Origin: Stegostoma tigrinum
Taxonomy: Eukaryota
Assembly: GCF_030684315.1 (NCBI RefSeq)
Contig: NC_081379.1
Location: 23,280,637-23,344,636, forward strand
DNA: 64,000 nt
Reading direction: 5' to 3'
The position numbers and the translations under genes are program-made. Positions 38,777 to 50,919 of this stretch are shown piece by piece. Below the pieces are notes generated by a model. That model saw nothing but the letters and a program-made list of their open reading frames with translations. It was not told the origin of the DNA and made no database searches. How positions within the stretch are numbered: the stretch's first letter is position 1; the number at the start of each line of letters is the position of its first letter.

Positions 38777-40529
38777 AAAATGCCTTGTTCTTATGTTTTG
38801 AGGATCAAGCCTGTAACACTACCATCAATCAAATGCCCATTTTCTTCATCATCTGGATGCAAGTTCAAACTTGAAAGCATATTCACAGTATGAGCATGAA
38901 TGCAAAGAACTGGCTTCCAATTCTCAGCTGCAACTGGAATGTACCTTATAAGAAGTAAAATTACTAAAACAAGTGTCTAAACAGAAGATAACAAGGTGTG
39001 GAGCTGGATGAACACAGCAGGCCAAGCAGTATCTAAGGAGCACAAAAGCTGATGTTTCAGGCGTAGACCCTTCTTCAGAAAAGTAGAAGAACTGCTGGAG
39101 CTACAATCCACATGAGGAGAGGAAAATTAATCCCTAATGTTAACCTACTTATTGTTCTCTTTGCAAATGTTGAGGGACTTATTTGTAGTTCCATTTTTAA
39201 CATGTGTAAGCACAGTGCTCCTGCTTGAGTATTTTATTAAGGTGACAACTGAAAATAATTCACTTATGTTTCAAACATCCTCACTTTTTCCTGCTTTAAA
39301 CTTTGTTAATATAAAGCAATTGTAATGAATTGTACTCAGCTCTTGGGGACTCAGGTATGAGATGCTCTGGCTGCCTTTGGGGAGGTACGTTGCCTGGTGA
39401 GCTTGTAACAATGGCTGGGAGTCAAAGTCTTGATGGTGAATCTGGGGGACACTCATGCATGCAGAACTAATAATGATCCAGAGTACAGGACAGATAGTGT
39501 CCCAGATGCAGACAATCCAGGGCACATGACAACCAGCTCATATAGTTAGTCCCCTAACTGTAACAGAACAGAAAGTGAACTCACTTATTTGCAAAGGTAC
39601 AGCCATTTAAACACTTTCAAGTCTGAATTGTCTAAGAACAGCTCATGCATTAGTATTGTATTGTTCACAGCAAACAATGCACCTGAAGGAGTGCTAAGAT
39701 GGATCCATGAGCTCAATATTTTCACAAAAGTCAAAGCTTTCTCTTAAAGCATCACAATTTTTTAAAAAAAAAGTGTTTTTCTGTCTGATGTTATTTTCTT
39801 AAGTGCAACTTAGCATTTTCTACTTGTTGCACTGTCATTCTAATTATAAACTTACTTTAGTTTCGTCTCTATTCCTAACCATCCGGCAACGCTGGCTCAG
39901 AGCTCAGTTCTGCATTTTTAAAAAAAAATTATTCTGTTGTTCATCGACATCCAGTGTACATATTTGTAACAGGATGGATTTTCTTTCACATTTTAGTGAG
40001 TGTATCCATTTGCTTTAATCCAGCCATGAGTAAAACAAACAGTGCTCCCATACTAGTAGTCAATTTCGATCTCTTATTTCTAAAATAATTAGATTTATCT
40101 TTTAAAAAATTGTTTTCAAAAATTCTGACTTGGTTAGTAAAATATACAATTAGAAGAGACACTTAATTTCCTAAAGCTTATAGTTTATGAAAGGTCAAGA
40201 GTTGGAATACAAGCAGCTCTCAGTCTAACGTTTACTCTCCCCAAGAGGCCTTTTCCATTATATTATTTCTTTCGGCTCGGGGAAAGAGGTGGTCAGGACT
40301 GGGGACTTCTCCAGTATCCCAGGCAGCAACATTCACTGTCCCCCGAATAGGGACGAAGCTTGCTTGCATAGGGTGAGCCGAATAGCCAGATTTAATTCAG
40401 GAACAGATGGAAAGTATTACCATAAAAAAGTACACTGTTAAAGCTTAGTTTGAAGATGACAGATTTCATCCCGAATGCAGCAGGATTTGAGCATTTGGAC
40501 ATAAAAGTTGCAGGTCCATTTACGGAATC

Positions 40530-41330
40530 ATAGATTTATCCAGCAAGGAAACAGACTGTTACACCCATACCAACCAGATATCCTGAACTGATCTACTCCC
40601 ATTTGTCAGCATTTGGCCCATATCCCTCTAAACCCTTCTTATTCATGGACCCATCCAGATGCCTTTTAAATGTTGTAATTGTACCTACCTCCATCTCTTT
40701 TTCTGACAGCTCATTCCATAAACAGACCACCCTGTGTGTGAAAAAGTTGCCCCTCAGGTCCCTTTTAAATCTTTTCTCTCTCACCTTAAAAATATACCCT
40801 CTAGTTTTAGACTCCCCTACCCCGCGGAAAACACCTTGTCTATTCTCCCTATTCATGCACCTCATGATTTTATAAACCTCTACAAGGTCACCCCTGAGCC
40901 TCCAATGCTGCAGGGAAAATGCTCCATTCTATTCAGTTTCTCCCAACTGCTCAAACCCTCCAGTCCCAGCAACATCCTTGTAAATCATTTCTGCACCCTC
41001 TCAAGTTGAACAACATCTTTCCTTTAGCAGGGAGACCAGAATTGAATGCAGCATTCCAAAAGTGGTGTAAACAATGTCCTGTACAGTCACAGCATAATAT
41101 TCCATCTTCTATATTCAAGGCACTCACCAATGAAGGCAAGCATGCCAAATGCCTTCTTCACCACCCTGTCCACCTGCAACTCTGCTTTCAAGGAACTATT
41201 CATCTGCACCCCTAGGTCCCGTTGTTTGGCAACACTCCCCACAGCCCTATCATCAAGTGTATAAGAGCTGCCCTCATTTCCCTTACCAAAATGCAACACC
41301 TCACATTTATCTAAATTAAACTCCATCATT
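40530..41330 (-). mobile_element. CR1 LINE 3' fragment
   Basis: Minus ORFs 41087-41452 (MEFNLDKCEVLHFG) and 40593-40865. Confidence 0.88.
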
Positions 41331-41519
41331 TCTAAGCAGGAAGCCGTTTGCAAATCGCTTGATTTAGCTTGTGTTATCTTGTTCATGTGCTGAATCAAAA
41401 TATTTCTAAGGACTGTGATAAGGTATTCAACATCATTGATAGTACTTTGCACATCACCTTATCATCCCTTCAGTTTCTGTATTCAATGGATTATCCTGCA
41501 ATATTTCTGTCAGCTCCAG

Positions 41520-41950
41520 AATGTTGCAATCACTAAGTGTACCTTCCAATGCCCTTTCTTTTCAGCATTCTGGAAGGAACCTGCTGTCCACTCCTCAGTC
41601 CTAACACTGAATCTGTCCTCTGTGGCACCTTTCCATGCAAGCACGGGGGACACAATATCCGCACACAAACTTTATTTCTTATTACAACCATTGCTACTGT
41701 CTTTGGATTTTGCCATATGAAATGTTTCATTAGTGGAGTCCTACCCTCTACCCTATCACCAGTTGTGCTTGCACACCCCTCTCCTCCCCTTCTACTGATT
41801 TTAAGAGGTTTATAGTTGTATCTTTCTTCAGTTCTGATGAAAGGTCATTGACCTGAAATATGAACTCTACTTCGACTCACATTTGCCAAGTATTTCCAGT
41901 ACGTTTGTTTTTAATTCAGATCTCCAGCATCAGCTATGTTTTGCTTTTGT
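41520..41950 (+). mobile_element. Decayed Penelope 3' end
   Basis: Family tail with hammerhead-like AGTT-CTGATGA-A-AGGTC(ATT)GACCT-GAAA-TATG-AACT at 41830-41866. Confidence 0.6.
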
Positions 41951-42422
41951 GTCAAAGGCAGACCCTTTTGGTTTACATGGGTAGATAATGCCCTTTTACT
42001 CGCTTAACACTATTGTGAAGAAACCTTTTTTGATTTTGATAAAAAAAAACAGTTCAAGTGTCAGCTTAACTGTCCTGCTGATGAATTATCATTGTTAGCT
42101 ACTTACTTTAATCCATCAAATAGTTAGAAAATTCCAAATTTCCATCAACTCTTTTATAGTATCTTCCAAAATTCTACAAGACTGAATAAGATTCTATTTT
42201 GTTTTCAGAATAAAGCTACTACCTTCCATAACTGGGTTACACAAATATCACCATGTCCTAAAAACCATCACCCTTCGAAGGTTTCTCTCCACTAGTAAGA
42301 ATTTTATTTGAAGAAGCTAGCGTCTTAATCTGATAATCATAGATCTATTGAATCATTGTATTGTAACCAAACATTTTCTGTTTTGCAAATGCTACTAAAA
42401 ATATTCATGGGATCATTCTTAC

Positions 42423-42594
42423 CTTGCTGGTGAGGAAACGCCACGACATAGCTTGACAGTTTGACTTCACAGGTTGTGCCACATTCCAACGGTATTGCAA
42501 ACCTTCCAAAATAGTTCAGCATTTCTGTGACAGACTGGAAACAAAAGTGTTGGACTAGACATTGCCCTCTTTCTGTCACCAGCAGTCGGAGATG
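42423..42594 (-). CDS. SH2B3: SH2B3 exon, C-terminal half of the SH2 domain
   Basis: AG/GTAAG boundaries, 172 nt; [57 protein letters not shown]. Confidence 0.96.
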
Positions 42595-44449
42595 CTAAAA
42601 ATTTAGAAAAACATTTGTGAATCACTACAATATTCTGTTTGGTATTACAGCAATTACTGGGCACAGTCTAGTTTACCTAATTTAGCAAATAGACTTAAAT
42701 TTGCAATATGATTCAGCTTAAGAACAAAAATAATCCTTAACAGCTTGTCTTTCCCTACTTCAGGAGTAGAGACTAATCATTGTTCGCAATGAAGATCAAG
42801 TAACCTTGATCACAGAATGACCAAAGCTGCAATATACCTGTCTATTAGATCCCGTACCAAACCACAGAGGGAAATTACCCACTGAGTTATTGGATGGCGA
42901 TATAAGGTTTACTTACTTACACAGAAATGCATAGGAGTTACAACATAGAAAAATGCATTCGCCTAATTAGTCCATGCTGTCGTTAACCTCAATACAAGTA
43001 GGCAGTTCTAATCACAGTTATACATTTTTTTACCATGTCCATTTTCCCCTCTTATTTCATTCATCCATCAAATCTAATTTTAAATTTTGACTTAGATCGT
43101 CTTATACAAACCCGCTGAGAATAGTTTGTGTTTTGGACAGTTAGCAATTCAGTGTGTGTCTTGAAACACAATTTCTAAGGCCTTAACAATTTCCTCACTC
43201 GTTTCTTTCAGCATCCTGTAGTATAACTGTGTGATAGGCTAATGAGAAACAATATACATCATCACAGGAAATGATGCAATGTCACATGATCTCTCTTGTA
43301 GTCTCATGTCATGATGTAGCCACAGTAAGGTGTTCTTTAAATAAAAGTAATATTTTCCTCATCACTGCAGATTCTGGGAATACAATCTAGCAGCAAAACA
43401 AGATTATTATATGTTGACAATAGTGCAAGAACACGTATGTAAAAGTTTCTGCCATCAGTGGTGCGCTTCGAGCAGGTCACAAGGTCTTGCCAATGACACT
43501 CCTGGTCCATGAGGAAGGGACCTCATCCAGGTCAAGCAGAAACATGGACGATGATCAGAGGCATGAATAGAGTGGACAGCCAGAGACTTTTCCTCGGGTG
43601 GAGGTAGCTATTACGAAGGGGCATAGTTTTAAAGTGAGTGTTGGTAGATATAGGGGAGCCGTCAGAGGTAGGTTCTTTACTCAGAGTGGTAGGGGCATGG
43701 AATGCATTGCCAGAGGGGGTAGTGGAGTAGGCCGCATTAGGGGCATTTAAGTGGCTATTAGATAGGCATATGGATGATAGGACAAGGTAGGGATGGAAAG
43801 TGGAGAGTATTCCATCACACTCCTAACTGTGTTTAAAGATTATGGACAGGCTTTGGGGAGACAGGAAGTGAGGTAATTTGTTGCAGATTCCTAGCCTCTG
43901 ACCTGGTCTTGTACCTAAATATTTATTCAGTTGGTCCAGTCCAGTTTCTGGTCAATGGTAACAACCCCCTACCTCCCCAGATATTGATAGTGGCAGAATA
44001 CAATGACAGTAATGTCAAGAAGAGATGTTCAGCTTCTCTCTTTCTGGAGATGCTCATTGCCTGACACTTAGGAGGTGCAAAAGTTGCACTGGGCCATTTA
44101 ATAGCCCAATCTTGGATATTGACACAGTGTTTCAGCATCTGTAGATTTGCAAATATTGCTGGACATTGTGCTATCATCAGTGAACATCCTCATTTCTGAC
44201 CTTATTGTGCAGGTAAGGTCATTGATGAAACAGCAGAAGATGGCAGGCCCTGGGTCACTATCCCAAGACACTCCTACACAAAGGTCTGGAGCTCAAACGA
44301 TCAAATCCAGCAACACAAACAGCTTTCCATTGTGAGGCATGACTCCAAACACAGGATTCTGCAGGGGTGCTTTTGTAGAATGTATTAAGTCCAACTGTGA
44401 GACTGGTAACAAGTCAACATACAGCATCATAAGTTGTTACAGAGATATA

Positions 44450-45657
44450 CAACATAGAAACAGATCTTCCAGTTCAATTCATTTATGCCAACTAGTTTTC
44501 CTAAATAAATCTAGTCCCATTTGCCAGCATTTGGCCTGTATCTCTTCCTATTCATATAGCCATCCAGATGCTTTTTAAATGTGGTAACTGTACCAGCCTC
44601 CAACACTTCCTCTGGCAGTTCATTCCATACATGCACCACCTTCTGCATGTAAAAGTTGCCCCTAAATTCCCTTTTAAATCTTTCCCCTGTCACCTTAAAC
44701 CTTCTAGTTTTGGACTCACCCACCCCTGGGAAAAGACCTTCTCTGTTTACCCAATTCATGCCCCTCTGACGCTACAGGGAAAATAGCCCCAGCCTAGCTG
44801 GCCTCTCCCTATAGCGCAAACCCTTCAACGTTGGTAAAATCCTTGTGAATCTTTTTTTGAACCCTTTCAAGTTTCACAACATTCTCCCTATAGCAGGAAG
44901 ACTAGAACTGAATGCCTATACTGGCCTAACCCATCTCCTGTATAGCTGCAACATGACCTCCTGACTCCTATACTCAATGCACTGACCAATAACAGTAAGC
45001 AAACCAAACGCCTTCTTCACTATCCTATCAAACAGCAACTCCACTTTCAAAGAACTACAAACCTGTACTCCAAGGTCTCTTTGTTCAGCAACACTCCCCA
45101 GGACCTTATCATTAATGTTCTGCCTTGATTTGTCTTTCCAAAACAGAGCACCTCACATTTAGCTAAATTAAACTCCGTCTGCCACTCCTCGGCCTATTGG
45201 CCTTTCCAATCAAGATCCCATTGTATTCTGGGTTAACCTTCTTTGCTCTCCAGTACATTTCCAAGTTTTGTGTCATCTGCAAACATACTAACAATATGTC
45301 CTATGTTCAAATACAAAACATTTACATAAATGATGAAAAGCAGCGGACCCAGCAGTGATCCTTGTGGTCATAGGCCTCCAGTCCGAAAAACAACTCTCCA
45401 ACACCACCTTTGTCTTCGACCTTCAAGCTAGTTCTGTATCCGAGAGGCTAATTCTTCCTGTATTCCTTCTGATCTAACCTTACTAACCAGTCTACCATGA
45501 GAAATCTTGTTGAATACCTTACTGAAGTCCATATAGGTCATGTCCTCTGCTCCGCTCTGATCAGTCCCCGTCGTCACTTCTTCAAAAAACTCAATAAAGT
45601 CAGTGAGACACGATTTCCTCTTGCACAAAGCCATGTTGACTATCCCAAACAGTCCTT
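44450..45657 (-). mobile_element. CR1 LINE ORF2 fragment
   Basis: KSCLTDFIEFFEEVT...YMDFSKVFNKISH and CR1 3' end. Confidence 0.88.
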
Positions 45658-45904
45658 GTGATGCAATGTCACATGATCCTGCTCTGTCTTGATTTGCCAC
45701 AAGGTTGCACGACACAGTAAGATGTTTCTTCAATAAAGTAATGTTTTCCTTACCTGACCAGACACAGTAAATACTGTTTAGCAGCACAAGGAGATCATAA
45801 ACATTATACATTTAAGGATGTGCCCCCCCCCCCACCTTTCATCATTAATGAAAGGAATAGTTTCAATATCATTAAATTTTCTTTAATCCTCTCACTCTTG
45901 ACCA

Positions 45905-47080
45905 CTATGGATTCGAAAGCTGCAATCCAGAAAGTTGCAGGCCTGTGAGACACACGTTGGTGGTAGGGAAATTACTGGGAAAAATTCTCAGGGACAAGAT
46001 CTGTACATATTTAGAAACAAATGGACTTATTAGCAATAGACAGCATGGTTTGGGTGGGAAAGGTCAGGGCTCACTAACTTGATTGAGTTTTTTGAAGGGG
46101 TGACAAAGATGTTTAGGGGAAAAGCGATTGATGTTGTCTGTATGGACTTCAGTAAAGCCTTCAACAAGGTCCCTTGTGGCAGACTGGTACAAAAGGTGAA
46201 GTCACATGGTCCACAACAATAAAAACAGAAGTTGCTGGAAAAGCTCAGCTGGTCGGGCAGCATCTGTAAAAAGAAAGCAGGGTTCTGAGGAAGGGTCACC
46301 AGACCCAAAACGTTAACCCTGATTTCTATTCACAGATGCTGCCAGACCTGCTGAGCTTTTCCAGCAACTTCTGTTTTTGTTTCTGACTTACAGCACCTGC
46401 AATTCTTTCAGTTTTTATGAAGTCACATGGTATCAGGGGTGAGCTGGCAAGATGGATACAGAACAGGCTTAGTCATAGGAGACAAATGGTAGCATTGGAA
46501 AGATACTTTACAAAATGGAGGATTGTGAAAGGTGGTGTTCCACAGAATTCAGTGTTGGGACCTCTGCAGTTAGTTGTCTACATAAATGATTTGGAGGAAA
46601 ACATGGCTAGCCTAATGAGTAAGTCTGTGGATGATACAAAGATTAGAGGAGTTATTAATAGTGAGGAGGACTGTCAGAGGATACAGCAGGATACAGGTCA
46701 GTTGGAGGCATGATCAGAAAACGGCAGATGGAGTTTAATCTAGACAAATCTGAGGTAATACATTTTGGAAGGTCAAGTACAAGTGATCTGGGTGTGTGGG
46801 TCCACAGATCACTGAAAGTGGCACCACAGGTAGATAAGGTAGCTAAGGGTGGTGGTTTCAAAGAGACGTGCGAGGCAATTTCTCCACACAAAGGAATGCG
46901 CCGCAAGAAGAGGTGGTGCAAGCAGATACAATAGCAGCACTCAAGAATTACCTGGATCAGTACATGAATGGAAAGGGAATAGAGGGATATGGAACATTTA
47001 AGTGAAGACAGTTTCAGTATGGAAGGGCAAAATGTATTGGCACAGGCTGGGAGGGCCTGTACCTGTGCTGTATTGTTCTT
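45905..47080 (+). mobile_element. CR1 LINE ORF2 fragment interrupted by the palindromic element
   Basis: DFSKAFNKVP...KSHGIRGELARWIQN...GVPQNSVLGP continues across the insertion. Confidence 0.88.
46211..46417 (+). mobile_element. 207-bp palindromic Penelope-derived non-autonomous element nested in a CR1
   Basis: 14-bp TSD TGAAGTCACATGGT at 46197-46210 and 46418-46431; long inverted arms flank a hammerhead-like core at 46285-46314. Confidence 0.85.
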
Positions 47081-47993
47081 TGTTCTTTTAGTAACACAGA
47101 ACATGCTAACGTATGATTAGAAAATTGATTATTTCAGATAAGGAGGAAGAAACAAATAATGTCAACTCCATTAATTTAATGTTAGACATGAGAAAGTCAC
47201 TGGAATCTACCTAATGGTACTGAGCAACTGAGTAACTAGGAAAATCCAAGATGCTCAAAGTCATCATAAATTTGTGAGAACCAGTCCAGTTTGTCATAAA
47301 GGAATCTACATTGGACTTCTAGCTTGGAACAATGAATGGAGTTGTTATTAGCATTTCTACCCTCATTCACTCCTTTTGATGTTTTAGTGCTATCCTTAGA
47401 AAATATCCAGAGATATATATTTGTGATGATGTCCAACTCTTCTCTCCTGCTTCCACACAAATTCCCACTCTTATATCTTTCCCATTCTCAATGACTTCCT
47501 TATTCCCAGGTTCTCCCATTCAAAAAGTACAGAGTCAACACTCTCATTCATAAATAAATCACACGATATTTCTTCTCTCCTTTGCATCATCTACATTTTC
47601 AGCCCTTTAATCCTCTAATTCTGGCTCTTCCGTATGTCTACGGTTACTGTCCACAATCAACTTCAGAGTTTTCAATGATCATTCCCCTTCTCCACAACCC
47701 CTTTCAATTTGCACTTTCTTGCATATTTAAGAATGTGTGCGCTGATCCTTTGAACAATGCTCTTCATCATCTCACCTAATGCTTCTCACTGCTCAGCTTC
47801 TGGTTTTCCTTTGTCAAGGATCTTGTGAAACTTTCTATATCAAAGGCACTGAATAAATGCAATTGTTATCCATTCTCATCCTTTATCTATCCTTTCAACC
47901 ATTAACATGATATCAAAAATGCATCCATCTTTGCTCAATTTAAAATCAGAACACTTTATTAAAGGTAAAGTTCTACAGATGCATTTTCATTAC

Positions 47994-48208
47994 CTTGGCT
48001 CTCCCTTGATAGTTGAATGTTAGGACATACTCTCCTCGCTGGGTTTCACTCTGACGCACAAGAAACACGCCATGACCCTCAGTTCCTGGAATCTGTACCA
48101 GCTGCGCTGCTTTAAATCGAGAGATTGGACCATGAAACCAGGCATAGGATGAGAACAGCCGGTCCGTCTTTTGGTAGGGCTGTTCTGTTGAGCAATGATG
48201 GGCAGCTC
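47994..48208 (-). CDS. SH2B3: SH2B3 exon, N-terminal half of the SH2 domain
   Basis: CAG/GTAAT boundaries, 215 nt; ...[51 protein letters not shown], with WFHG and FLVR motifs. Confidence 0.97.
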
Positions 48209-49009
48209 CTGAAACACAATTAAAAAGACAACAATTGTATCATTTTTGCAGAATATTAACACATCAGGGAGAGAATGGGGGAGAGGAATTATTTTTGAAT
48301 ATTTTAGTAAATAAGTCAGATAATGTGAGCAAGACTGAATTTCCCATTTTTAAAGGTAAATCTACTAAACAGGATAAATTTTCAGTTCACTTAGATTTTA
48401 TTTGCTATAATCAATTTACTTAGTGGACTAACTTGTACCAAACATTCAATTTCTTTTAAGGAAAAATCTTTGAAATAATTCTGGTGCAATGACACCTGGA
48501 AAACCACAATTTCTTAGAGAATGGTTGAGTTCATGTTTAATTGACTTGCTGGATCCTCTCAAAGATACTGTAACTGTGGTGAATAGGAAGAATGGAATTG
48601 GTATATTGTACCAAGAGTATCCACAAGGTTTCAACAAGATTCCACTTTAAAGTAGTGTCACAGAACTATAAATAAACAAACTGTCAAATTGTTTGGCTAA
48701 AAACAGACAGGAGAAAAGAGTTATGAAATTAGAACTTAGAAGGCTACATAGAGGAGATAACCAAAGCACTGTATTCCATACCCTTTCTTTTTTAATGTCT
48801 TGCTGACCTTACATTAAACATAATCTCCATGTTTGCTGTCAGGTTGCCAAAAGATGAAGCAGCAGAGGGAGCAGTATTACTAATACCAGATTTCTGGATT
48901 TCTGGTATGTTAGGTTATACTTGACTTCTTTGGTAAAGAGACATTGCAGTGATTATGAAAGGAATTAGCAAAAGCCAAACTGGTCAAGTTAAACATTACA
49001 ACAAATCAA

Positions 49010-49376
49010 GTCCACCTCCTTTACCTGACATAACCTGTCCATCTTCTTCCCCACCTATCTGACCTGTCCCCTACCTGCATCCAATCTATCACCATCCCAC
49101 CTACCTTTCCCCAGCCCCACCCATCCTCCCTCTCACCACCCTGACCTGACACAACTTGTCTGTCTTCCCTCCCACCTATCCAACCCACCGATCCCACTGA
49201 CCAATCTCCACCATCCCATACCTGCATTCACCTACCACCATTCCACCTACCTTTCCCCAGCACCATCCCCACTCTCTCTATTTATTACCCAGCTCCCTTC
49301 GCACCCCCCTTTTCTGAAGAAGGGTCCTGACCCAAAACGTCAACTTTCTTGCTCTTCTGATGCTGCATGACCTGCT
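49010..49376 (+). mobile_element. Penelope 3' pyrimidine-rich region and terminus
   Basis: Internally duplicated C/T-rich ~50-mer, then CTGAAGAAGGGTCCTGACCCAAAACGTCAAC and TGATGCTGC as in other copies. Confidence 0.7.
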
Positions 49377-49792
49377 CAAGACTGTGGTCAACAAAGAAAA
49401 GTCAGTAAACACTTTGATGTAAGATTGTCCCAGCTTACTCAATAGCTACGGCATCAACCATTATACTTCCAATGATATTTAAATGCAACCATGATTGCTG
49501 AAGTACTAATGCTTTCTACCATTACCCTTTATAAAGTTTTTCAAATTGACAACTGCTTCTGTGTAAGCCTAAATATTTTTAGACAAAGCAATTGATTAAG
49601 TGGAGAACTTGGCATTATGAGCCATAAGTCATAGTAGCAGGAGATGACCATTTGGTGAAGCAAACTTTTTCTACTATTCTAAAAGATCCTGGCTGATTAA
49701 ATGTGGCTTTAATTCCACTTGCCTGCTTATGCTCATAACCTTTCACTCCTTTGTACATACAAGCCTGTCTAACTTGCCTTGAATGCAAAAGA

Positions 49793-50070
49793 CACAGTGC
49801 TCAGTGGTTAGCCAGGGACCTAGATTCGATTCCACCCTTGGGAGACTGTCTGTGTGGAGTTTGTACATTCTCCACGTGCCTGCGTGGGTTTCCTCCCACA
49901 GTCACAAAGACGTGCAGGCTAGGTGGATTGGCCATGCTAAATTGCCTGTAGTGTTCAGAGACGTGTAGATTAGGTGGGTTCCCTGGTGACGGGTCTGGGG
50001 GGGATGCTGTGAGGGTCAGTGTGGAATTTTGGGCCAGAAGGATTATTTCCATGCTGTCGGGATTCTATGA
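49793..50070 (+). mobile_element. HE1-type tRNA-derived V-SINE nested in a CR1 3' end
   Basis: tRNA-like head (CTCAGTGGTTAGC...TTCGATTCC), V-domain TGTGTGGAGTTTG...TGCGTGGGTTTCCTCCCACAGTC; minus-strand CR1 resumes on both sides. Confidence 0.85.
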
Positions 50071-50919
50071 CTGTCTATGAATATTCAAGATCCAGCCTCT
50101 GCAGATCTCTGTGGAAGGGTAGTTAAAAGACTAATAACCCTCAAAGGAAATCTTAACTCCATCTAAAATGGAAGATCCTTTCTTTTCAGACATTGCCCCT
50201 AGTTCTAGATTTCTTCAGAAGAGGAAATATCCTCTCAGCATCTACCTTATTAAGTCCCACCAGAAACTTATATGTTTCAATTAAATCAACTCTCATACTT
50301 CTAAATTCCAACGAGCAAAGGTCCAATCTACTTAACCATGTCTGGAATTTTTGGTGCAGTTTTGGAGTGCATTCAAAAGCTTCACTTACACTGGAGGAAA
50401 GAAAACAAAGGTTTCCTAGATTAGTCCCTGGGACCAAAGGCATGTGCGTAAATTTGGCCGGTATCTCTGAAATTAAGAAGAATCAGTGACAACAAGATTC
50501 TGAAGGAATATGTAAGGGTGGCTGCTGAGAGACTGTCTCCACTGGTTGAGGAATCTAAAATGGGAGACAGTCTCGCGAAAAGTGGCTGATTATGTAAAAC
50601 CATGAAGAAAAGAAATTACTTCACTCTGAAGGTTAGTGGCTCGATGCAATTCTCTACCCCAGAGGGTTGTGAATGCTCCATTAATAAATAACTAAGTTTG
50701 GAACAGACAGATCATTGGTCTCTCAAAAGGGAGTGTGTGGGGAATATGGATTTCAAGCCAGAAATGCAATATGACCATAATGAATAGTGCAATTGGTTTG
50801 AGGCCAATGATCTCCTTTTCCTATTCCATGTGTTTTTTTTGTCCCTCATATGACAACTCAATCAACCTTGGAATTATACTGGTAAACAATATTCAAATTA
50901 TTTTCACTGAAAATATATT

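Noticed and set aside
40330-40360. GTCCC/GGGAC-GAA as a hammerhead stem II
   Set aside because: No upstream CUGANGA box and GAAG instead of GAAA.
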